From: a virus
IMG/VR virus record: IMGVR_UViG_3300030430_004661
Coordinates: 1-64,000 of that record
Strand: one strand, 5' to 3'
DNA length: 64,000 nt
Position 1 is the stretch's first letter. The number at the start of each line of letters is the position of its first letter. Shown piece by piece: positions 46,201 through 56,600 of the stretch. Position numbers and translations under genes: made by a program. The notes under the pieces are model-generated. The model ran no database searches. It worked only from the letters and a program-made list of their open reading frames with translations, and was not told the origin of the DNA.

Positions 46201-49200
46201 AAGCTAGCCCATATCCGAAGGTTGTTCTTTGAAAGAGTTAGTGGCTCGATGGATCTGGATAGATTTACAAATTACTTCAAGTGGATTGACGCATCGATAT
46301 ACAAGTTCATAGAACAATTGCACCCCGGAAACGCTAAGTTTCTCGCTGGCATAAACGACACTGTAGAGTCTCACATATTAGAGAGACCAAAATATCAACA
46401 TCTTCTTCCAACCCTGACAAAAAGAGACGAGTTACCAGAGGGTATTGTAAAAGGCACAAATGAGCTTCGCTATAACTGGAGAGTTGGACACGCTCCTTTA
46501 CTACCGGCTGCTACAGGAACCGTAACTTTAAATAACGTTGGGATTGGTAATTTTTACAACACTGTGATAAGACTTACTGATACCGCCGGTGTATTGAAAA
46601 GATATATTTTAAAGAACACTGCAACCTCCGACACAGGAACCCTTGAGGATCTTGATCCGGGCTCAGGCACTGTTAGTCATATCGTGGTAGGAATACAAGG
46701 TTTGACATATCAAACAGCCGTCAATCAGTTAATTGCAGCCATTGAGTCACAAAACGGTCATCGAGGCAGCATAATTGCAACGAGTCCTAGTGCCGGTGTG
46801 CTAGAGCTAAAACAAGAAACTGGAGGAGAATCAGGAAACGTTGACATTGTGGCACAAGTAACCTATGTCGATGGATCTACGACTTGGGCAGCTTACGGTA
46901 TAGGTACAGTGTCAGGGTTCTCCGGTGGTGAAGACAAGAATAACACAAATTGCCTATGGCAAAAAGAAAGAAAAGAACTGGGATCTGACAGGCATAAGCT
47001 TAGATCCGCAATAATAACGCACACAACTGGAACCGTGCCATCATTTGGCGACAACAACAGAGATATCTACGGAGGGTCGTCATATGCCTTGAAAAGATTC
47101 TCGAAGCCATACAACTTTGAAGGCACTGAGCAGGTTACAATACACGGTGGAACAAACTATGCAAGAGGCAAAGATAGAGATTTTATCAAACCTTTGATAT
47201 ACATTCATGGCCCCAAATCAAACATCGGTGTTCCCTTAAACGTTGTGGTTCTAGGTGTTGGTGAAGGTAAGGGCATAGTGGGTGTGGACTCCTGTCAAGA
47301 CGATAGAAACCACCCACTTAATAAACCAAAATACGGCACGACTGCTATTGTCGGCAGATTCTCTGATTTAGATGGCAGCTCGCCAATTAGCAGTTCTAAC
47401 CTCGCAACGGTCACTACATCAAACTTTGTTTATAACATAAAGGGTGACAAAGTATTTCCATTCAACTTGGTATCGGGATCTGAGAGCACTGGATACAATG
47501 AGACTGTTTTTAACAATTATGAAGACAACGCCATAATTACTAACCTGCATTCAGATACTACCGATGCTACAAACGAGATTCCCATGCAAGGGCCTTTTAC
47601 AGAGCAGTGGGTTGGTGGTAGACAATCTAGACATGTCGGACTAAACAGACACAACAGCACATTCTCATCTCTTAATAAAATAGATGGCCCAACCAATCGA
47701 GCAGAGGAATGGCGCTTACTTTTTGGCGAACATCCGGATGAATCTATCAAAGACGGAGCGCTTGGATTTACAGGGCCAGACTATGGCGGACCATACCCAG
47801 ATGAAACTAGGCCTTTTGCTATTCACTACCGTGATGGTCGTGCAAAGCGTCCTTTGAATGTTGCTAACATACAATATGGAACTGGATCAAAAAATATAGG
47901 AAACTATCAAAACTCATATGAGATAGTAAACACTGTTGGTAGAAAAGAGAACAACTCTCTATTCAAGTTCTTGGGAAGCACTACGTCATTCTTGCCGGGT
48001 GATATATTGAGCATCTTGCCACAAACAACAAATCCACTAAATCTTTTAAGGGTTAATTACAACAGTAGGCAAGGTAATGTTTTTGGAACAGGTGAGTCTG
48101 GTAGAATCAACGCAGTAAGAGACTTTGCTTTAGCAGACAATCTAGCGTTCAAGTCTGGGTCTTTTGCGTCTGGATCTTTTGTCGTTACAGGTGCTGCACA
48201 GTTTAGAACGAACTACACTGGATCGTTTACAATTCAGCCCATTCCAAAAGCAGGAACCCATTCAACTGTAACTTTTACTGCTACTGGATCGACCATTATT
48301 GAAAGACCTTACTCAGCTTCGTTTACAATGGGCACAGTGCCAAGAACAGGAAAGTCTGCTTATTTTGACTACAACCTTAGTGGTCACGCTTCTACATGGG
48401 ATGCAAACACTGTCGCTCTAGAAAACTTCACAGTATCAGCATCGTCTGACACCGGCTCTGAAATATTTAGAGTATTTCTAGACAAAGACGGAAACAACCC
48501 CAACACTGGAGATAGAGATCTAGTAGTACCCGGATTTAGAAGAGCAGTTGAGGCAACAGGTCAGCTCATTGCACTGGCTACCGCTGATCCATTTACTGGG
48601 CTAAATGACAATGATTTTACGGTTTCGTTCTGGTTTAACAATAAGATGGCAGATATCAACTCATCCAATATGATACAGTTTGCCGACAGCGGAAGTATGA
48701 TTCATGCAATTTATCCAGATGATGATATTCGAGTAACCATAAGAAGTAGTGCAACTTTTAAAAATGTTGATTTTGATGCCAACACAGCAACTGCAAAGAG
48801 TGGATCGTGGCACCACTATGTTGTTACCATGCCGATTACTGCTGGCTCTAGTTCTGTACCTTTTATGTACGTTGACGGAGTTTTTCTAACAGCGTCTCAA
48901 GGAGCACAGACTTTGGGTGGCTCTAGTCGAAACGTTGATAAAATGATTCTAAAAATAGATGATGGTGCTGCTTTTCAAGACATAATTTTGTACAATAGAA
49001 TACTAACTAGTGAAGAAGCAGTGTCCGTATATAATGGCGGTTCAAATTTTGATCCATCCACAGCAGCATTTTCCAGCAACGTTGTAAGTTGGTTTAAACT
49101 TGGAGAAGAGAGAGATTGGTATGAATTAGGTTACCAACTAAGTGGAACACTAGATGATATTGGAGGAAACGACGATAGATTCTTCAGTTCAAGCTTTGGA

Positions 49201-52200
49201 ACAGATGCAAACAAACTACTTGTAGGACATGCGGAAGATCAAAACTTTAGGTTTACAAAGGGTGTTGGGTATAGGGATTCGGATGATATTTGTAGGTTCA
49301 TTACTTCATCTTTTAACTCAAAGTTCGGAAACTGGACATCTTATTATGTGTCGGGATCTAGACATCTAGTTAATAATGGAAGTTTTCAAATAAATTTTCA
49401 ATCTAAACAAAAAAGAAAATATGTTTTTACCGCTGTTGATAACTCGACGAACGCTGGTCTTCTAACAGCCGCAGGAACAAGGGGCTACAACGCTGTCACA
49501 GGATCAACATTAGAGAACAGCAGCTCGATAACGATTGACAATATTCAACACACTCTTTATCACAACTCTGCTTCTGTTGGTGAGTCAACTGCACTCACAA
49601 CATATACCAGAAGACCTGCTATATACTTTGAACCCGATACGCAATATTACCTATCCTCGTCAGACTACAGAGGTCCAGACTATAAAAACAACGCTATAAC
49701 CATGACCGCATGGGCCCGAAGACTTCCTAACGATAGCGATCAAAAATTCGTCTTTTCTCTCAAATCCAGTGGGGGATCGGCTATTGCTAATCTTCGGTAC
49801 AGCAACGACGATTTTATTTTGTTCACATTATCAGAGAACAGTGGTTCTGGAAATCTTACAGACACCTCCAATGTAAACAACGTATTTTCTTCCCCAGCCG
49901 TTGCTGTGGGTGACTTTTTTCACTTTGGGCTTGTTTTATATACAGACCATGAGACAACACCACAATTTTATATTAACGGAGAAGAAAAATCAGTAACCAA
50001 TTGGGAGGCTCTTGGAGGTGGATTATCTCCAATAAATGAATTACACATTGGAACGTCATTTGACGGAACGTCGCCTTTTGAATCCTCTTTATCTGACCTC
50101 TGTATATGGAACACTGCGCTTACACAAGATGCTGTTCGTGAAGCGTATAACTCAGGATCGTGGTGCGATCTCAGAAGTCATGTATCTGCATCTAGCATAT
50201 GGGACTGGTGGACATTAGACGGAACTAATTCTGGTAGTTATGTAGCGCCGGGAACAAGCAGATTCAAACCAGAGATCGGTAGAAATATGTTGGACGTCGG
50301 AGGTCAAAGTACAGGAAATGGACTCTTGGTTCAAGATGGTATATTTGAACTTAGAGAACAGGATAACTTCAGGCAGCATGTTAGGGACGTAATAGAAGCT
50401 AGCACTGGATTTACAACTGGTCAAACAGGATCAACCAACATAACAACTGTGAATATAAACAAAATGTCCAAAACAGTTCCACCAAACATATCGGAGACAG
50501 GAAACACCTTTGCGATAACCAGTCAAATGGCTGCTGGCGCAACTGCAACTCGAAGACTTGCGGGTGCTGTTGATAATGAATTCATACAAATAAACAGTGT
50601 TAGATTTCAGGTTGATTCTGACGGAGCCAACTCAGGCGACTCTTATGCTGAAGTTGGGGGAATATATTATGTCTACTCAAATTACACTACTGCTAGTGTC
50701 AATACTGGTTACTGGAATAATTTAACTGGTGCAATACAAGCGGGCTTGCCCGGATATACCGCAAGTTATCTTGTCACCGCCGAGTCTGCTAGTTTCTTTG
50801 TAAGAAACAAAGATGCTGGTGCAAATTCTGTCAGTATCTCAGAAAGTGGCACTGGTGATTCAACCTTTAGCAATGGCAGTACTCATGTTGGCCAAGCAGC
50901 AGTTGCCTCTGATCTAAAAGGCGGAGATAGGCTTACAATAAATGCGGTCAACTTTGACATAGCACACACAACATCAGGCAGCCAAGGTGTTGTTAATTCA
51001 ACCGAGATCAATACCGCCACGTCATTTCGTAAGGCTTTATTCTGGCAACCAACAACCAACGGTGGTGTTTGGGCTAACAATCAAGCTTACACAAATCCAG
51101 ATGGATCAAAGCTTACAATTTCATTTTGGGCAAACTTTGGTAATGTTGATGGAAATAGCAAATTTGTTTTGAATTTTTTAAACGCCGCTGCTGAGGCTAC
51201 AATTACCATAAACACAACAACTACGAGATTGGCTATAGTTGTCAGCGACAACAGCAATGAAAACTCATTTGCTTGGAATACTGCGCTCGCTGCTAATATA
51301 TGGAAACATTATACAATAGTTATTGATAAGAACTTATCAAATAATTTAGTCCTATATATAGATGGGGTCCTCACAGCACCGGACTTGGCAGAGCAAAATA
51401 CCACAGGAACTTTGAGAAATATAGAGCAAGTATTTATTGGTGATAAAAGCGGCACTAGCGCACTTTTTGAAATGCAAGGAGCCTTGCAAGATTTTGTAAT
51501 ATGGAACACGGATCTAACAAATGAAGACGCCAGAGTTTTATATAACTCAGGATCTTGGTTTGACATCCATCAACATGCTAGTGCCTCGTTAATATGGGAC
51601 TGGTGGTTGTTCGGGCAAGAATCAAATATTGGACAAACGTCCGGATCAGCGCTAAGCAGTGGTACTGCTGTTACCTCTATATCACCAACTGTGGGAAGGC
51701 ACCCTCTAGCATTTAACTCAAACGCAGATGTTTTCGTGACTGACGGTATATCGTATGTTCTTAAAGACAACAATACTTTCTGGAGCGACATAGCACAAAC
51801 AATAAGCCTAAGCTCATCATATAGCAATGTTAGTTCATCATTCTCAAGCACAGCAACACTTACAGTTATTACATCTTCACACTCCGGCACTCTTGATCTA
51901 AATAATTCTATATCAGAGACTGGAACAACTTTCGGTGTTACAAATGCTGGTACAGGAAACGGAGCAAACATTGCCGAAGGTCGTGTTCTTGGGGCATTTG
52001 ATGCTAAGTCCATAACCATTGGGTCAATAACATTCACCACAGATGAAGACGCTAGCACCTCTGGGGAAAACTTTACAAAGGTAGGATCAACTTATCATAT
52101 CAATACAAGTGGTTCTAACAACGCCATGTTCTGGAACAGAATTAGTGGCGCAATAAAAGCAGAGTTTGGTGACTATAACACAACGTACACAGACTTGGCC

Positions 52201-53697
52201 AACGGCACTGCTTTGTTTGAGATAACAGCATCAGTCACTGGATCGAAAGAAATAAGAAACATTAGTGCTGCTGATGGTGTGACGTGGTTAGCAACTTCTT
52301 TTCACGGTATAACTGGTGGTACTCCTGTTGAATTTGAGTCCGGCATACTAAATGTCATGGAAAGACTAACATCTAGCACAAGGCAGAAAGCTGTAATATC
52401 TTCAAGATTCTCTGCACCCGGAGGTCCTGAAGTACAAACTTACGGATACCTAGACGCCTACGCTCAAGAATACTCTGTGTATAACTCTATGAATTACAGG
52501 AATTTTAGCGTGAGAGGCTCCGGCAGTGGTGAAACTGGTACGATAAGAGTCAACTCTCATGCTCAAAGGCGAGAAGGTTTGAGGTCGCTCCTATCTAGAC
52601 ATTGTGGAAGATTTGGTCTCGATTCTTCCCACGGCGGAGCAGATCAAACAGACTATGTATCATCAGCATCTGTTGGTGGAGGATACGAAGCATCTTTCCA
52701 CAAAGTGCATAGAAACACCCTCACCAGAGCAGTGATTGACAAAGCACTTCGAATGCCTTCAACATCAGATTCGATAACAGGAGTTATCACAGGAGATGTA
52801 CAATCAACTTATCCAAGTTCTGGCAACTTATCTGTTTCATTTTGGGCCAAGTTAGATGAAGACAATTCAGTCGACTCCAACAAGTTTATTGTTGAAGCCG
52901 ATGACAATTCAAATAACAACGTTTTTATAATAGATTTTTTTGAAGGTTTTTTAAGAGTGAAGTACTTTCAAGGCGCCGGAGGAGGCTCTACGGATAATAT
53001 ATACAGATTCGACATTAGTAATGAAACTTCTTGGACTCACTATGTTATCACAATAAACATAGACCAAGCACAAACAGCACCCACAGGTTTTGTAAACAAA
53101 GCACCAGTTACATTTACAAAGCAACAGGGTGATCGCACAGGTAACATAGGCACCGTCGCTGGTCGCTTGGCATTGATGGGGAACGATGCGGTTTCAACCT
53201 TCTCCGAATTACAAGGATCTCTTCAACATTTTGCCTTTTATAATAAAGAATTGTCTCAAGCAGAAGTTAACGAGATCTATAATTCTAAATACTTAGTGAA
53301 CACTTCTTTAGTGGGGAGCATAATCGACTATTGGCAGTTAGGAAACGAAAGTGAGTTTGATAGCTTTAACGAAGGGAGCGCTGTTACCAATGGATTAGGA
53401 TTTGAAGCAACCATAGGATCCACCTCCTTAGCGATTGATGAGAATATATTTATAAGTAAAGGTGTTGGACCTCATCATGTGGATAAGAAGAATAACTTCT
53501 ACGTTCAATCAATCTTGCCTCAATCTGACTACAATTATAGTTGGGTAACTTCTTCTTTGGGAAGTATTTACTCTGTTAGAAGTGGAGTTCAAAAAGTGTA
53601 TGGATATTGGCCTAGAAATGGAATTTTATCTTCCTCTGTAGGTTTTGATTCTGCTATCACTTTTCCCACAGCCAGTACTGATATAAAAGGGAGTTAA
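43264..53697 (+). CDS. 3477-aa baseplate/tail-fibre-like protein with multiple LamG (concanavalin-like) domains
   Basis: Repeated F/LT.SFW...WHHY...YIDG...DF.IWN..L LamG patterns; ILKSKGT wedge-like motif. Confidence 0.82.
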   Translation: MSIKRPAIFKSANSASVKIESPNLITRKMQERETFVPPIDFSSASNFVRFGSAKEYYAESIKRIYTNYPYDGSAKEKLVFELSSSFLDRYVLNQLYPKSKGSARFGYDSHVVINRGFQEATTDFTQSLSNLFRNKNVPHDTSKRRKQTFFFNFDDGFTFEWWMRKGGWTNASETLFEASSSQGFLKIMLSGSDDGTGPVRFYASSSTEIPLTSLASSTITTASVGDGTFHHYALTLFRSASSIVSNFYIDGVSNNRITNHTDITNITDMITGFLGSGSYGLLSASVDDFRFWNKKQSSEKIYYYYKTGVDGGASTDDYRKELGVYYKFNEGITNTASVDRIVLDYSGRIANGYWNNYVAANRSTESGVPNEVGDFIVRSNHPEVVGLNTRLETSGSQYDSSNSMSLYDLVPAWIREDDEASNSELKKLVQIIGSYFDTLFSQIESIVDLKSKRYFQTTDKPLPFSRQLLENQGIVAPEILINKTVLNFFSERDENGVIYERDLEELKNLIYNNIYANIDFILKSKGTYKSYRNLIRCFGVDDELVKLNLYVDNATQYLLDKNSHTSEKTKHINFNNPDRFGASVYQQNTISGSMGAQLEKNLAITAEVEVMVPKKPEQTDSFFFNTPFYTSSVFGLDSVDRDGVQYSSSAFYDNFQVYLVTSPLDPNRAKWMLKQIRHSDSTTVSLLTTDMYADIYNNQRWNIAVKVYPLGYPFAGSFSTSDDPDYTVEFYGVSHNMDEVLHEFKLTSSISGENARSLLSSNKKLYVGARRSNWTGSVLQKSDVKIAAASLYFDKLDDASIKAHNKDPSNYGHNKVFGNPTVFATDITDRHIPAQHSLALHWDFQAVTSSDSAGTFTVEDYSSGSSVGRYNWLENIINAKHQGAGVGFPVSSTKVISNEFIFASKKNLPEISFDSDTTKIMTDKDIYLFEDEDINDNIFIFEKSMYQAISQKMLDMFTSIHEYSNLFAKPIDRYKKDYKKLAHIRRLFFERVSGSMDLDRFTNYFKWIDASIYKFIEQLHPGNAKFLAGINDTVESHILERPKYQHLLPTLTKRDELPEGIVKGTNELRYNWRVGHAPLLPAATGTVTLNNVGIGNFYNTVIRLTDTAGVLKRYILKNTATSDTGTLEDLDPGSGTVSHIVVGIQGLTYQTAVNQLIAAIESQNGHRGSIIATSPSAGVLELKQETGGESGNVDIVAQVTYVDGSTTWAAYGIGTVSGFSGGEDKNNTNCLWQKERKELGSDRHKLRSAIITHTTGTVPSFGDNNRDIYGGSSYALKRFSKPYNFEGTEQVTIHGGTNYARGKDRDFIKPLIYIHGPKSNIGVPLNVVVLGVGEGKGIVGVDSCQDDRNHPLNKPKYGTTAIVGRFSDLDGSSPISSSNLATVTTSNFVYNIKGDKVFPFNLVSGSESTGYNETVFNNYEDNAIITNLHSDTTDATNEIPMQGPFTEQWVGGRQSRHVGLNRHNSTFSSLNKIDGPTNRAEEWRLLFGEHPDESIKDGALGFTGPDYGGPYPDETRPFAIHYRDGRAKRPLNVANIQYGTGSKNIGNYQNSYEIVNTVGRKENNSLFKFLGSTTSFLPGDILSILPQTTNPLNLLRVNYNSRQGNVFGTGESGRINAVRDFALADNLAFKSGSFASGSFVVTGAAQFRTNYTGSFTIQPIPKAGTHSTVTFTATGSTIIERPYSASFTMGTVPRTGKSAYFDYNLSGHASTWDANTVALENFTVSASSDTGSEIFRVFLDKDGNNPNTGDRDLVVPGFRRAVEATGQLIALATADPFTGLNDNDFTVSFWFNNKMADINSSNMIQFADSGSMIHAIYPDDDIRVTIRSSATFKNVDFDANTATAKSGSWHHYVVTMPITAGSSSVPFMYVDGVFLTASQGAQTLGGSSRNVDKMILKIDDGAAFQDIILYNRILTSEEAVSVYNGGSNFDPSTAAFSSNVVSWFKLGEERDWYELGYQLSGTLDDIGGNDDRFFSSSFGTDANKLLVGHAEDQNFRFTKGVGYRDSDDICRFITSSFNSKFGNWTSYYVSGSRHLVNNGSFQINFQSKQKRKYVFTAVDNSTNAGLLTAAGTRGYNAVTGSTLENSSSITIDNIQHTLYHNSASVGESTALTTYTRRPAIYFEPDTQYYLSSSDYRGPDYKNNAITMTAWARRLPNDSDQKFVFSLKSSGGSAIANLRYSNDDFILFTLSENSGSGNLTDTSNVNNVFSSPAVAVGDFFHFGLVLYTDHETTPQFYINGEEKSVTNWEALGGGLSPINELHIGTSFDGTSPFESSLSDLCIWNTALTQDAVREAYNSGSWCDLRSHVSASSIWDWWTLDGTNSGSYVAPGTSRFKPEIGRNMLDVGGQSTGNGLLVQDGIFELREQDNFRQHVRDVIEASTGFTTGQTGSTNITTVNINKMSKTVPPNISETGNTFAITSQMAAGATATRRLAGAVDNEFIQINSVRFQVDSDGANSGDSYAEVGGIYYVYSNYTTASVNTGYWNNLTGAIQAGLPGYTASYLVTAESASFFVRNKDAGANSVSISESGTGDSTFSNGSTHVGQAAVASDLKGGDRLTINAVNFDIAHTTSGSQGVVNSTEINTATSFRKALFWQPTTNGGVWANNQAYTNPDGSKLTISFWANFGNVDGNSKFVLNFLNAAAEATITINTTTTRLAIVVSDNSNENSFAWNTALAANIWKHYTIVIDKNLSNNLVLYIDGVLTAPDLAEQNTTGTLRNIEQVFIGDKSGTSALFEMQGALQDFVIWNTDLTNEDARVLYNSGSWFDIHQHASASLIWDWWLFGQESNIGQTSGSALSSGTAVTSISPTVGRHPLAFNSNADVFVTDGISYVLKDNNTFWSDIAQTISLSSSYSNVSSSFSSTATLTVITSSHSGTLDLNNSISETGTTFGVTNAGTGNGANIAEGRVLGAFDAKSITIGSITFTTDEDASTSGENFTKVGSTYHINTSGSNNAMFWNRISGAIKAEFGDYNTTYTDLANGTALFEITASVTGSKEIRNISAADGVTWLATSFHGITGGTPVEFESGILNVMERLTSSTRQKAVISSRFSAPGGPEVQTYGYLDAYAQEYSVYNSMNYRNFSVRGSGSGETGTIRVNSHAQRREGLRSLLSRHCGRFGLDSSHGGADQTDYVSSASVGGGYEASFHKVHRNTLTRAVIDKALRMPSTSDSITGVITGDVQSTYPSSGNLSVSFWAKLDEDNSVDSNKFIVEADDNSNNNVFIIDFFEGFLRVKYFQGAGGGSTDNIYRFDISNETSWTHYVITINIDQAQTAPTGFVNKAPVTFTKQQGDRTGNIGTVAGRLALMGNDAVSTFSELQGSLQHFAFYNKELSQAEVNEIYNSKYLVNTSLVGSIIDYWQLGNESEFDSFNEGSAVTNGLGFEATIGSTSLAIDENIFISKGVGPHHVDKKNNFYVQSILPQSDYNYSWVTSSLGSIYSVRSGVQKVYGYWPRNGILSSSVGFDSAITFPTASTDIKGS
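50146..51943 (+). repeat. ancient internal duplication (offset about 1.4 kb) in the LamG protein
   Basis: YNSGSWCD..HVSASSIWDWW vs YNSGSWFD..HASASLIWDWW; ISETGNTF vs ISETGTTF; DNA TATAACTCAGGATC and ATATGGGACTGGTGG each occur in both copies. Confidence 0.7.
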
Positions 53698-53698
53698 A

Positions 53699-56600
53699 AT
53701 GGCGACAACAATTAATTTAGATTTTGTAGGGTTAAATACACTAGTTAATGAACCTATAACGTCATCTACAAATACGATTGGGCATGCCCTAGGTACAACA
53801 TCATCCGCATATGTCAACACTATTACCATAGGTGATAATGATAGCATCTCTATAGCACATGATGATTACCTAGTCGCTCTAAATATTCATCGTAATGGGC
53901 CATACGGAACTCCTATATTTAAACAATTAAGAGCCGCCAACAATCCGTTGACCAGATACCACAATAGAAACAATATTTTTTCTTATGTTACAGATCAGGG
54001 AAGAATTAGACAATCATTTAGGAACAACAGAGTTACTAACTCCTTTAGAGAGAGAAGATCAAAGCTTAGGCAAATTGTAGAAACACCTGTTTATGAAAAT
54101 AAACCAATAACCATTGTTGGCTCTGTAACTGAAATAGATCCTAGGACTGGTAAGGAAATCAAACAGCGTGTTGAGATAAAAGCGTCATTTAATAATGAGA
54201 CACAATACTTTGGGAATCGCAAAACTAACAGAGAGCTTGAAGCAGACTTCGAGATCGATGAAGGTTACGAACAATTGACAGACTTATATCTAGACGGCGG
54301 TTTGGATGCAGACGACTCCCCAATCGACGAGGTAGAATTAGTAAAATACGAAACCACGATCTATCCTAGACAAGAAGTAGTGGGAAGAACCAATAGAAGA
54401 CCGAATTTTATTTATAAACCGTGGCACAGTGACAGACAACAACGACAAGATGGACCATTTATAGACACAGGTTTTGGATATTTTATACCATCACAATCAT
54501 TGTGGCCACTAGATATTGGTCCGGATGAAAGTGGATTACCTGTTTTAATGCACAGACCTGCACTGCAAGACTCTGCCTCTATTGGGAAAGATCCGGCTGA
54601 TCATGTAGGATTCCAGAAGGTTTCCTCGGAAGGAGACACAACAGTGTTCGATCATTATCCGGGTATCTTAAATTTTTCACCGGATTTTGGAAACGATAAG
54701 ATATATGATGGCATAGTCTCTCCTAGGTATGCGTTTTTTCAAACCAATAATTCTACTTCCTCATCATTCAATCCATATGGAATACCTTATGAGGGCAACT
54801 TTCCATTGGTTACCGTAAAGTCAAACATGATCTCCACTGAAAACTATGAAGGTGCAGCCTTCTTAGCAACAACCTCACCTTTTTTAGGCACCACTGATTC
54901 TGTGGTGCTGGGCGGATCACAAAAATGGGAAGCTCCTAAATTTTCTGGTAGGACTCCTTTTTACGATTCATATGAAGAATATTGTGAATTAATATCAAAA
55001 CTCGGCAACACTTACACGGTTGTCCCAGAATTTATCATGTCTGATTTTGTCGAGGAGTTTTCTAACAAAGGAAAACTAAGCGCTGAGTTGTTGTCAAAAG
55101 CACTGTTGTCGATCACTGGAGGCATAGAATCGTCAGACACAAGTGCTGAAAGAGGATTTTATAAGATTTATTCGACAACTGATTTTTTGAAAAACTTTGA
55201 CATTATTCAGGAAGATCATGATGATTTTATAAATCCGTTTAAACTTACTTTAAAATGCAAGTCCATATTAAAATTTCTACCGTACGAAGGGTTTTACCCA
55301 GTCGAGAGAACAGTAGAGTTGTCAAAAAAGTTCTTTAAACATTATTCTAAAAATCTTATTTATGAAAACTCTAGAAACACAGATAATCCTCACACGTCTT
55401 CTGCTGGCCACTTTCAAGCACAGATGAATGCTCTATTTGCACCGGGAGTGCTTTTTAATACAATTAAAAGCGGAATGGCATGTGACTATCCTATAAATAC
55501 TGATTTCAAATCTGCGTTTGACTTTAAAGTTGAAAATGGTGCCAATCCGACAAAGTATGCTAACTATGTTAGTCATAGCACCAGCTTTGCTAGCAAAAAT
55601 AGAAAAGCCAGAATAAAATTGTCAAATTCAGACAGACTTTTGTATACACCGGACTTTCAGCCATTTGTTAGATCAACAGCATCTGGTAATTCGCAACCAA
55701 TTAAGATTTTTGCTGACTCTAGACTTAGACAATTGAGTTTTGCTGGTAACAGCTCTGAGGATGAATATCTAAGCTTAAACGATGGCACGGTTACTATAAA
55801 TTTTAACGAAAGAGTGCCTTTTGAAGCAATAATAACTCCGGGTGAGTTTTTGAGAAATAAAAAAATATCATGCATAGATTCTGACAGTGCCATTAAGCGC
55901 GGATCTTCAATAATGACGGCTAGAGATAACAAAGATTACATAAAATTTGCATCTAACTTTTTAGCAGAGGTTGGAGACTTTTTTCTAGAAAATAAAAATT
56001 ACACCACTTTAGCATCCTTACCACAGGAAGACCCTAACTTCGGAAATGCAAAAGCAGGTAGAAGATATATGATGCGTTTAAAAGTTTACAGGTCAATGAG
56101 TGGAAGCAAACCCCTGCAAACATCCAGCTTGGGTGAATACTCTGTCCCACAAGATAGCGGAGATATTAGAGAGACATTTACAATGTACAGTAATCCAAAA
56201 AACTTTGGTGAGTTAAAGATACTAGATAGCCCATTAGGCAACGATACTGAGCCCCAGTCTGAGTCAGACACCTTATACAACAACTTTACAGATGATTATG
56301 AAAGCTTTTTGTCGGATAATGAAAGAGTGGGTGTGCCATTTGATAATTTATACGAAATAAATCAATGGAGGTCTTTTGTAAAAAACGATCTTGCTTTTTC
56401 ATATAAACCGGGAAGGTATTGTTTTAACTCCGGTTCAGGAGCGGAAAACTTTCTATTTTTCTCAGGGTCCTATTGTTCAGTTGGTAATGATATCACTCAA
56501 GGTGAAAATTTTCCATACACTCCTCCATATTACCATGGGGAAGCATGGGCAGACTTTACATTTTTAGCAACAGAATCCAAGAAATATACCCTTGCAGAAA

